Assembly (NCBI GenBank): GCA_964035545.1
Contig: OZ037766.1
Span: forward strand, 19,084,767-19,148,766
From: Bugula neritina
Lineage: Eukaryota; Animalia; Bryozoa
Direction: 5' to 3'
Length of the DNA stretch: 64,000 bases
Numbering within the stretch: position 1 is the first letter of the stretch; every line of letters begins with the position of its first letter. The translations under genes and the position numbers were made by a program. The notes under the pieces were generated by a model. It did not search any database and had not been told where the DNA came from. It saw only the letters and a program-made list of their open reading frames with translations. Positions 42,956-54,170 of this stretch are shown here, piece after piece.

Positions 42956-44580
42956 CATGGATTTTCAAAAGTCGGTGGTGGTGATGGCTGGAAAAGAACT
43001 CGTCAGTGTTGACAAGTTTGGCAGGCCCTTGGTGGGTGGAGTCAAGGTAGTGCGGGACTGCACGTTTTTAGGAAAATTCCAGGCGACTCTCCGCTGCAGA
43101 GTCAACTGCGGGGAGATTGCCTGAAATCGTACCATGAAAACCCAGACGTTGTAGGTCAGGCTCCACCCCTCCTGGAGCCCAACCGCTAGCCCAACCATCG
43201 GGGAAAAGTCACCCAACCCTAAGAGGTGAAATTCGTTGTCCAAAGGGAGGCAGAACAAAAGCAGGCTGCTCTGCTGGAACAGTTGGAACAGCAACAAAGG
43301 CAGGAGCATCAGCAACAACAGCAGCAGGTCCCAGGGGCACCACCCCACCCGGTAGAGGACGCCCCCACCCGCAGTAGGGTGATGGCGGGGACCCCCTTAA
43401 TGTAGCAACTAAAGTGCAGTCAGAAAGCCAGAAAACCACCCAGATATCTGGCGGACTATCACGTGGCAGTACAGTATTTCTCCGAAAGCAGCAACCCCCA
43501 GACCAGCACAGTCACCTGGCCAACAGCCACCTAGCTCTTTCGGGTAGTGTTGGCCGAGGTAGGTGGCGATACCCCATACCCAGGACCGATTTGATACCCC
43601 CCTCCCCCCAGGAGAAGGAAGATAAGGCCACAACTCTGCTATCTGTCCAGATGGTCAGGGATGGCGCTACCACAACCACCACCCAGCCTCTACAGGTAGC
43701 GTTGGCAAGACTGGGCAATGAGCCTGGAGCACCAGGCAGCCAGATAGAAAAGAAGACTCAACCGACCCACCCACAGTTGCCCTGTCATCGGCAGGGTGTG
43801 GCACCTCCTTATCGAGGGTGCGTTCTAAATAGTTGCAATTCAGGCCTGGTCCCGTATCCTTGATCAATGTACAGAAGAGATAGAAAGCTTGGTGCACCAC
43901 TTCCAATGACTGAACCATACAATTGTTTATATTATTGTGACACATGTGATTAAGCATGATACTGTTCTGTTAACCACCTACTTTTCTACTTCTGTGTTTT
44001 ATTTTTGTCCTTTTTTGTGTGAACACATTGTTTTCTGTTATGGAAAAGGGGATGATTTTTGATAGGGGGGAGAATGTAATGGATTTTCATCCTCTATTTG
44101 TTCTGAAGTAACTGTGTGCGTCAGTATTATAATTACTTATTGCTTATCATTTTGAATGTTGTAATTATAACCAAGTGAGGTAGCTTTCTAATGCCTAAGT
44201 ATTATAATTGTTGTAAAAGCCTCAAGCATAATGTAATAGCAATGAATATGCATTCTGAAGTTATGTAATATTTCTTTTACTAATGTTGCTTTTTTTACTA
44301 ATGTTGCCCGAGATCGAGATCGGCATTCCGGATTCCCAAAATGCAGAAAATTGGCATTTCGGGCTTTCGATCTCGGCAACAAAGGAATCTTTTTTTGTTC
44401 TCTGTTTATAGGAGCCAGTGAGTTCCAATGTAGTTCAGTCTACTACTACTCGCTTGGAAAGAACCTGATTTTATACTCTTCAATAAAGATTGCTATCATC
44501 TACACTACTTCAAACCTTGTTCTCTCTTACAAAGAGTATGTTCAAGCATTAGTTGCACTCAGTACCCACAACTTTATTAA
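42956..44580 (+). mobile_element. Gypsy element A, 3' part (post-protease fragment, large RT-RH-IN deletion near 43123, 3' region, PPT, 3' LTR 44075-~44580)
   Basis: 42956-43123 matches 60959-61130 of copy C. PPT AGGGGGGAGAA precedes TGTAATGGATTTTCA(T/C)CCTCTATT, the same LTR start as 57948. LTR end TAGTTGCACTCAGTACCCACA resembles 59227-59247. Confidence 0.85.
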
Positions 44581-45084
44581 AATACTACCCTCTAGCTTGC
44601 ACCATGTAAATATAGACAGAGTGTACACTATTTAGGCAATCAGTTGTATGTATTAGAGGACCATTCAAAGACCCAGTCACTCACAGTTCTGCACTAAAAT
44701 CTGGTGGCTCATTACCAGCTGGCATATAGGGGAACAATAGTCATTCATAATAGTATAATAGAGAACAAATAAAGCTGAGAGTTATGTAACAACTGGCCTC
44801 AAGCTGCAGAACTGTACCAGGTCATTTTTGTAGACATACAATTTTTATTTGCATTTTTTATAAACACCTAATTTAGATGTTTTGAAAAATACATCAGAAT
44901 GTCATGAATTTAAGATATGAAATAAAGTAATGCATTTAAAAAAAGTTGCACAGCTGCTTTCTAGAAGCATGCATTTTGCAAATGAACTTCCAGAATTTTA
45001 TATAAGTTATAGTAGTGGGGTACACTTTGCTGATTGGCTGAGTTTTACATGGTCTATCGAAAGCACACGGAAACCCACCACAGC

Positions 45085-46890
45085 ATAATAATCTCAGTAA
45101 TTATTACAATTTAAAAATTCAAACACGGCATTCAGTTTTGCGGTTCACAGTCCAAATGTTGTTAAACATAAATTTACTAAAATTTCAAATTTTGCCTAAC
45201 TAATAACTAATTTTAAATTTGTCATATGTGAAAATTTTATTAACGCAAAACTTTTGCTTTGTTATCGCACAACTATAATTAAATTTAACTAGCAACAACT
45301 TAATTCTAGTAAAAGCACTGTTGTTAAGCAACTATAAACTACTATTGCAGTTGGCGGCGACAAAGAGGTGCGACGTTAGTTAGTTGGGCATTCGTCGGAT
45401 CCAACGAACAATAAATGTCGTGTGTGAATAAGATATTAAAACTATTCGCATTCAGACACGGCGAATGTTTGTTTGTTAGGTCTGACGAATGCCCAACTAA
45501 CAAACATCGCCCCTCTTTGTCGCCGCCAACTGCAATAGTAGTGTATAGTTGCTTAGCAACAGTGCTTTTACCAGTAAAGTTGTTACTAGTTAGATTTAAC
45601 GATAACCAAGTAAAACTTTTGCGTTAATAAAATAATTATAATCGAACATGAAACATTTAAATTATGAAAAATTTAAAATCTATTAGCTAAAAAAGCTAAA
45701 GATTTAGTAGATATAGGTTTAACAACAGTTGGACGTGAAAAGTAAATGAAAACTGTTGTATTATACTCGAATTACCGCACATGCGAAATTACTTTACTGT
45801 TTTGTTTTATTCGTATGCGTTGCTATAGTACGTATGTTTCTTGCAAAAATACATCCTCTTGGTATTAACACAACATGGTGGCCAGTACAAAGTTTTAATT
45901 TGTGCCATATGCTGTCCTTGGTTTCTTTTTCTGGTGTTATTGTCGATTTACGGTCATGGCAAAGTTTAATCAACCTAGCTGCTGAGTTTGACTTTTTGCC
46001 AGAGAAATGGGCAGAGTGGGCCAAGAGATGGAGTAAATATAGACAGATTTCTAAGTTAGATGAAGAGGAGAAAAAAATACAAACTAATAGTTTCTTGTAT
46101 TGTATGGGACCTACAAGTGAAAGCATCTTTAGCAGCCTAGGTCAACAGTGCGCACCGAGATCTTACACTGTTCAAGACACAGGTAGTACTGAGTTAAGAC
46201 GCAACCGTAGAAGTCTCACACCAACTCACTCGTCGCCCATTATGAGTCTAGCAAGTGATCTAGCTGTTCAGTTCAAGGACCAAGCAATTTATAGTAGTCC
46301 CAGACAGACCGCTGTATTCGGTAGTGAAGCCAAACAATTCCGATCAGATATTAGGATAGATGTTCTGCCCGAGAAAAGCCAGTTCAGGTTAGCCCCCACC
46401 AGGCAGTTGTTCCTCTAGATAGGGCCAAACAGACCCACTCAGTTTCTAGCTCTGCTATTCGTTTGTCCAAAACTAGGTCTAGCCTCCTGTCTCATGCCTT
46501 GTTACATTTTGATATCATTTTATGATGTTATATTCTGATATTACATTCTGGTATTATTTTCCTGTAATGTTTAACATGTTTGTATTTTTATGCTTATCAG
46601 CCTATTAATACTCGCTAACTTCATTTAAACGCTTTGCATCACTTTTCGTATGTTACTCGTGTTTACATTTCAGTTGTGTTTGTTTTAGAAAGAGAGGTGT
46701 TGTATTATACTCGAATTACCGCACACGCGGAATTACTTAACTGTTTTGTTTTATTCATATCCGTTGTTATAGTACGTATGTTTCTTGCCAAAAATATACA
46801 TCCTCTTGGTGTTAACACAACAAAAATAACACGTGAAACTGCAATGCCGTGTTTGTGTTTTTATATCAAACTCAAACTGATTATTTCTTT
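45085..46890. mobile_element. Older foldback/palindromic non-autonomous element (imperfect ~330-bp arms centred near 45440); ends approximate
   Basis: ACTACTATTGCAGTTGGCGGCGACAAAGAGG (~45338) pairs with CCTCTTTGTCGCCGCCAACTGCAATAGTAGT (~45512). AAACACGGCATT (45121) pairs with AATGCCGTGTTT (46843), beyond the inserted LTR element. Confidence 0.72.
45754..46822 (+). mobile_element. Internally deleted Mag-like Gypsy derivative (TRIM-sized, 1069 bp)
   Basis: LTRs 45754-45875 and 46698-46822 (TGTTGT...ACAACA, ~90% identical); PBS TGGTGGCCAGTAC (tRNA-Ile-like); PPT AGAAAGAGAGG; TSD AAAAC/AAAAT; gag N-terminus fused to the integrase tail (PRSYTV...RRNRRSL). Confidence 0.9.
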
Positions 46891-47906
46891 TTTCGTAACC
46901 TTTCATTACTTATTTTACTTATGTTTTTTGTTACTAAATAAACAACTTAAAATGACTTGTTTTGTAGTGGTTTCTTTATGAAAGAACTATAGCTAAGACG
47001 TTTTATCTGGAACAAATATTAAATAAAATAGAAGTCGGTAGTGTCTACTCTGTAGGTGAAATGATTCAGTTGCATCAATTTCAATTTAACTACATTTTAA
47101 CTTTCTTTCAAGTCACTGCTACTCATTGTGTACAAAGGCTGAGTTGCTTACGTGCATCTTTGTATTTAGGATCACAAAGATCATGCTGATACAGTGCAGC
47201 TGGCCAAGCTATGATATTATTTTCTATAACAAAACGTACTTCTGTCAAGAAAACTGCTTGAAAGAATTTTAAGATGCTGCTGACTAGCAAAATAATATGC
47301 TTCCTACAAATTTGCTTATTTTAATTAATTATTATTTATAAATAATATTACTAAAATATTGATTATTTAGTTTAGTTACAATGCCGCAATGTTTGCCATG
47401 TGAATTATGCCCGCGCTTTTTGCTTATGGAAATAGGCCAATATGGAGTGCAATCAGAAAAAATTCGTCAGCTGAAACCAGAGTGGTATATATTAGGGGTG
47501 TTGACTTTAGGAAATCCTAAGGAATCATTTAGGCGCCATTATGCCGAGATTGGTACCGCGAGTTTTTATAAGTTATAAAGGAAAAATTTTGCCACTTTTT
47601 TTTCCTATTTTATGTGTACATTTTTTTTAGTTTTATTTATTGGTAAAATTTCAAACACATTTTTAATGCACATAAAATTAAAAGAAAAATTAAAACTCAC
47701 TCATGCACGTAAATACAAAACTATAAAGTTTAAGCTTCGCTGTGATTACAATGTGAATATGAATTGATTATTGCTTGCAATAACTATTTAACACAAAATA
47801 CGTTACAGTTGCTATGAATGTAAGACTAATAAATTGGATGCAAATAAGCACGGTAATACTACTTAAGTTATGCTATTTTTGAAACTTGTAGTAAATATTT
47901 TACATG

Positions 47907-48443
<537 letters not shown>

Positions 48444-49395
48444 AGGTCAGGTGTTTAATCTGCTACCAGTAACCATGTAACCGGTACTACCTGTTTCATG
48501 GGTCGGACTGTCGGCGACTAAACCGATACCCCCTAATGTCTTGACATTAGGCAGGGTGTACTGGACATCCATGTAGAACTAAAAATAACATCTACTAAAA
48601 ATCTGAAAGACCATTTCAGTGGGTATCTGTGGCAGCCCTCGAGGGCGTGTACAGACAAATGTGTATAACGGCCAGCCACTGCAGCAGGTTGTAAATGCTA
48701 GCATGTCTTGACCTGTTCTTGTCGCTAGATCCCATTTACACCCTGCAGAGAGAGAGAGAACATGGTAACGCAAAAGTCAAGTTCACCTAACCATTTTGCA
48801 TGCAGTTTTATGGACTATGACAATGGAAACAGTATTTGATACCGGCACTAACGTCGCCCGGGTTAACAAGGTTCGCGCTGGTCTGCTCCCGCTCCGGCAG
48901 CCAGTGAAAAATCAGCTAGGACGCAATGGAAAGTTCAGAAAATTTCTGAGACTAGCAGAATGGAATGTTAGAACATTACTAGACCGGAATAATTCAAAAA
49001 GACCAGAGAGGCAGACAGCACTTGTTGCAGAAGAGCTGGGTCGATATGATATCGATATTGCAGCTTTCTGTGAAACTCGGCTTGCCCTCAATGATAGCCT
49101 TGTTGATAACGGGTACACATTTTTATGGAGTGGAAAAGGTGAGGAAGAAAGAAGAGAATCAGGGTGGGGTTTGCTATCAGGAATACAATTATGCCTTATC
49201 TAGAACAAGAACAAACAGCAATAAGTGATAGAATTATAAGCATGAGACTTCCACTGAAAAAGAATCATTATGTGACAATAGTGAGTGCTTACGCTCCAAC
49301 AATGAAAAATTCGGAAGAAAAGAAAGAGGAGTTTTACAATCAACTGAGAGAAACAGTAAAGAATATATCCATCACAGACAAACTGATTATAGCCG

Positions 49396-51984
49396 CACAG
49401 TTGGTTTAAGGTCATGCTTTTCAGTTTCTGGCTCTTTGCCAGGTGCTTTATGTTCTATATGAACAATGTTCCACTGATAGCTCGAACAGGTTGAATCAGA
49501 ATGTCACAAGAACAAAAAAAATATGAAAAGATAAAGAAACTTATGTTCTCCAGTATCCTTTTTTATTTTTTTCAAAAGCCAATTCATGTTTAAGTTATAG
49601 CTTGTTGAAAAACATAGTCCCCCTTCCACATTCTTTTCAATTTATACGCTCCTGACTTGTTATTGTGTCTCAATATGCCTTGTATTTGAGTGCTCATTAG
49701 TCTCGCTTCACTAACTTTGCCTATACTTCACAAGTGCCAGTGCTGCTGGCTCAAAAGCTAAATGTTATAAAATATAAACTGTCAGCTAAAACCCAATCTT
49801 GTATTCCTAGGTTGGTTGGCCTAAATAAAACAATAGTCAAATCATGATTTCATGTTTTAAAAATTTACTCTATTCTAACCTGCTGCCTAGCTAGTTCTAT
49901 TTTTGATGTATGATTACAGAATTTGTGAAACATTTTTTTGGCAACCATCCTAGTTATAAAATGCAGTAATGGTACTTATAATATTATATTATTATCATTA
50001 TAATATATTATATAGTATTATGTGTGTTTTTATTATACTGCATAATATATATTTTATTATTGTTGTTGTGCAAACAAGTGCAATTAACCTAGTTTTCAAA
50101 ATTTACCTCTAAATTATCAGAATATCAGTTTAGATATTTTCATGCTTTGTGAGGTAAACCTAAAAAAAGAGGCTGTATTCCCAAAGTAAAGGGTGTTGAA
50201 CTATGAACTATATTAGATTAGCCACTCTGCTACCAAGTGCATCAGTATAATATTATTATATGAATAGCTCTGATGCTTTGTCTCCGGTGGCTGGCTGCGA
50301 TATGATAACTTGGCCAACTTCCAAGAGTTTAAAATTGGCGCAATCATTCAAGAGGTTACATACTGCACAGAGCTAGCAGTGATAGTAACCTTGCTATTGA
50401 CAGTACTTATTACAACTGCCAGCATATAAGCTGCATTGTAGAATGCCATTGGGGTAGGCTAGTAAAATTAAATTCTGCTCTCTAATATACCTCAGACACA
50501 ATGCAGCAACATATTTTTTTGGTTTCAAATTACATTGCCACCCTTACATGAGCTGTGGGCTTCATAAAGATTCATATGATTAGAGATTTATGCTATAGGC
50601 CCTACCTGTGCTAGTGTATGATGAAAATAACACACCATTGTCAAAGTTAACTTCAAGTATGTTGTTTTCCAGAAACTCAGTATTGTCGATTTATCTCTCG
50701 CATACAAATACTTATGTAATAGCATACAGTTTAAGTTTTATTTTAGAGCACATCTGCAAACTCTACAATAAGAACTTGCTTTACCAGTCTATTTCAGACC
50801 TGTTTTTGTAGCTAGTAATACGCAAGCTACTTATTTTTAAACTTTTGGGTTATTTGTTCAAAACCATTAGCTTTGCTAGTAACCAGGGGCTATTGCAACA
50901 GTTCACTGCTAATCAACATGAATTGACAGCTAATAATTATAACCCATTTGCGCTCGAAATATTTATGTATTGATAGTTACTCATATAGTTGGCAACTTAT
51001 TAACGATAACTGCGTGGTCCAGAGGTTAAGGGCGTCGGCCAGGAGTAGGTTGGTCATGGTTCAATCCTAGTATGTTGCAATTTTTTTGTCAACTTATGCA
51101 AATCCTACGCATGTATAATAAATATGGCTATAATTGTAAAGTTTTTTTTAACTTTTGTTCAACAGTAAGACAACATACATGCATAATAATTAGATACTGA
51201 ACACTGTGCTAAACCTTAAATTGATCTTATAGAATACAATGTACTTAAAATAATCATATGTGAATTAGAGAAACTGGAAGTACACCTGCTGCACTATAGA
51301 CAGACCTTTACTGACAAGACTGCAAAGTGAAGTGATTTAGCTGAAATTAACTCTGCCAAACAAACAAAGAATTATGTTGTGCTGAGGCATTGTCAATAGA
51401 TTGTAACATAGTGAGAAGATGCAGCTAAGTGCTAATGTAAAATAGGGAACATTATATTGGCAGAAATCCAATACATTGCCATTTGTGCGAGAGGGTACTA
51501 TATGTTATTGTGATAGCGCGCAGAGCAGCAAATGTACTAGGAATGTTATAATTAGTCACAGGAGCGTAGCTAGAACCACCATATGAAGAATTTAGAAAAT
51601 TGCAGTGAAACTTGCAAAATGGTGTATGTTTTTACCAAATTGTGAAGAGCATAAACAGAATTTCAAAAAACAAAGAAAGTATATTAGAGAAAACATATCA
51701 AGGAATGTCAAGTTTAACTTTTAGACTTTATAAAATGAATCCCCTGTGCTACAGCAGTGGAACATGGAGGGTGTAAAATTTTACTTATTATGCAACAACT
51801 TTCTCAGAAAATTTTTTTATTGAAAAATTAAAAAAGTATATGAAAGAGGAATGCAAGAGCTATCTTTCCATGTAAAATTTATTAATGTGAGACAAAAACT
51901 GTTCGAGCTATCCCCTGGAAACCGTTTATATATAACATAAAGCAGTGCCTGAATCTGGAAAGTAATGACCTTAAACTAACTGTG
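49396..51984. mobile_element. Non-autonomous CACTA/EnSpm-like (CMC) DNA transposon, 2589 bp
   Basis: TIR CACAGTT(G/A)GTTTAAGGTCAT 19/20; 2-bp TSD CG; excision restores the RTE codons GCC GGT GAC (A-G-D). Confidence 0.88.
51001..51089 (+). other. tRNA-derived / SINE-head-like fragment with Pol III boxes
   Basis: A-box-like TGGTCCAGAGG (51015-25), B-box GGTTCAATCC (51058-67), T7 run (51081-87); CAACTTAT on both sides; no complete cloverleaf. Confidence 0.45.
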
Positions 51985-54170
51985 CGGTGACTTTAATGCA
52001 AGAGTAGGGTGTGAAGCTCAAAATTTGCCAGGCGTTTTTAGTAATCAAGGAGTTGGAAAATGTAACACAAATAGAGAGCTGCTACTGGCATTCTGTTCTG
52101 AATACCAGCTTGTTATCACGAACACAGTATTTAAGCACAGGCAGCATCATAAAGTCACTTGGATGCACCCACGTTCTCGGCATTGGCACCTCCTCAATTA
52201 TGTGATTACAAGATGGAAAGACCAGAATTATGTGCTAGATACTAGGGCAATGAGAGGTGCTGATTGCTCAACTGACCATATCATGATCACGTCCAAGCTA
52301 GCATTAGCATTAAGGAAAGTAAAGAACAAGACAAGAGGGAACTCCGCATGCAAACGGAATGTGGGGAAACTACAAAATCAGGATATGCTACAGGAGTTTC
52401 AGAAACAGATAGATAAAGCAATGGACTATAGAGATGATGATGGTGTAACCTTAGAAGAGAGATCGAAAGGTTAAAGATCTCAGCCTTCAACACAGCTACC
52501 GAAGTCTTAGATAGAGCAGAAAGAAAGCATCAAGATTAGTTTGATGACAATGATGCCAAAGCTGAATGCATTACGTAATGAACGAAATAAGGCTAAATCA
52601 AAAGCATTACAGAGAAGAACAAGAAGTAGCACTGACCGATTAGCGCAAGCACGCAGCAAGTTAAAAAATACACTCGAGGAAAAAAGTCTCAATGGTGGGA
52701 GGAAAAAGCAGAATCACTCCAACAGGCAGCTGATAAAAACAACATGAAGGCATTCTACAATGGCCTTAGAGAGGTTTGTAGGCCACAGAACAGGGGAATC
52801 GCCCAATTGCTTGATCAAAGTGGTAAAACAGTACTTACAGCAAAGAATGGTACCTTAAAAAGGTTTGCCCAACATTTTGACCTGTTGCTGAATGTACCAG
52901 GGGAAGTGGATAAGGAAGCTCTCAATAGTTTCAAAAATATGCCACCCAATTTAAGTCTAGATGATATGCCAAGTTTTGATGAGCTTCTGGATGCTATAGA
53001 TGCAACCAAGGAGAATAAATCTCCTGGAGAATGTGGCATTCCAGCTGAGGTGTGGAAGTACGGTGGAATCAGGCTTAAAGAGAGACTATATGATCTGATT
53101 GCTTATATATGGAGTAATGAGAAGAGGCCACAGAACTGGAAAGATGCGAACATTGTGCACATTTTTAAAAAGGGTAGTAGGAAGGATTGTGGTGATTATA
53201 GAGGAATCTCACTTTTTTCTATAGCTGGAAAGATTATGGCCCGTATCATCCTCAACAAAATCAATGTAAATATAACTCCAGGAATACTTCCAGAAACACA
53301 GTGTGGCTTTCGAAACAGCAGGAGCACCATTGATATGATATTTAGCTTTCGCAAAATTCAAGAAAAATGTGCTGAACAAAACATGGAGCTTTATGCTGTA
53401 TTTATAGACTTTACAAAAGCCTTTGATACAGTATCAAGAGATGGCCTCTGGAGAGTACTGAAGAAGTTTGGCTTAACTGAGAAGGTCACCAACCTGATAA
53501 AAGCTCTTCTTGCAGGCATGCAAGCCAAGGTAGTGCAAGGGAGAGATGCTTCAAATGGGTTTGCAGTAACCAATGGTGTCAAGCACACACTATTTTTATT
53601 TTACTTGACCGCTATGCTCGAGGTGGCATTTAAAAATGTAAATGAAAGGATTTATATTCAAACTCGGCATGGGGCTTATCTTTTTGATGTGGCTCAGTTG
53701 AAGTCTAAGACCCGTACTACCAAACACCTAGTCAGAGAGATGTTGTTTGCTGATGACAGTGCTTTGGTGGCACATTGCGCTGCAGATATGCAAGTGCTAG
53801 TGAACAACTTTGCAAAAGCAGCGGCTCAGTTTAGCTTAAAAATCAACATAAAAAAGACAGAATGCATGTACCAGCCAATCAAACTCATCCACCCTTCACC
53901 TGAACCTGAAGTTGTCATGATAAATCAAGAACCAGTTGTACTTGCCTCAGACTTTACTTATTTAGGAAGCACTGTTTCCTGTACGGTAAAAATAGATAAA
54001 GAGCTACGGAGCAGACTAGGCAAAGCAAGTGCGGCTTACGAAAAGCTGCAGCAGAGACTCTGGAACAACAGACATGTATCCATCAAAGTAAAGTGTAAAG
54101 TCTACAGAGCCGGTGGTACTCTCAAGCCTGCTGTATGGAGCAGAAACATGGACAATATACAGGACACAGG

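Larger units (their letters stand above)
48444..54170 (+). mobile_element. RTE-clade LINE, degenerate; split by a CACTA-like insertion and cut at its 3' end by Gypsy D
   Basis: APE motifs WNVRTL, DIAAFCETRL, SAYAPT, KLIIA|[25 protein letters not shown]; RT motifs YRGISL, QCGFR, FIDFTKAFD, LFADD, YLGS, LYGAETW; several frameshifts; QGCVLAP box deleted. Confidence 0.92.

Noticed and set aside
47160-47275. Possible host terminal exon after TTTGTATTTAG
   Set aside because: Short frame with no recognisable homology or partner exons.
48444-48560. HDV-like ribozyme in the RTE 5' UTR
   Set aside because: RTE elements can carry these, and hairpins exist (CCTAATGTC-TT-GACATTAGG), but I could not build the P1/P1.1/P2/P3 double pseudoknot by eye; it needs an RNArobo or Infernal search.
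49396-49415. CACAGT terminus as an RSS heptamer / Transib or ProtoRAG element
   Set aside because: The TSD is 2 bp (CG), not 5 bp; no nonamer at 12/23 spacing was seen and there is no RAG-like ORF.
51010-51080. Functional tRNA gene
   Set aside because: A/B boxes are present but there is no acceptor or anticodon stem; kept only as a tRNA-like fragment.
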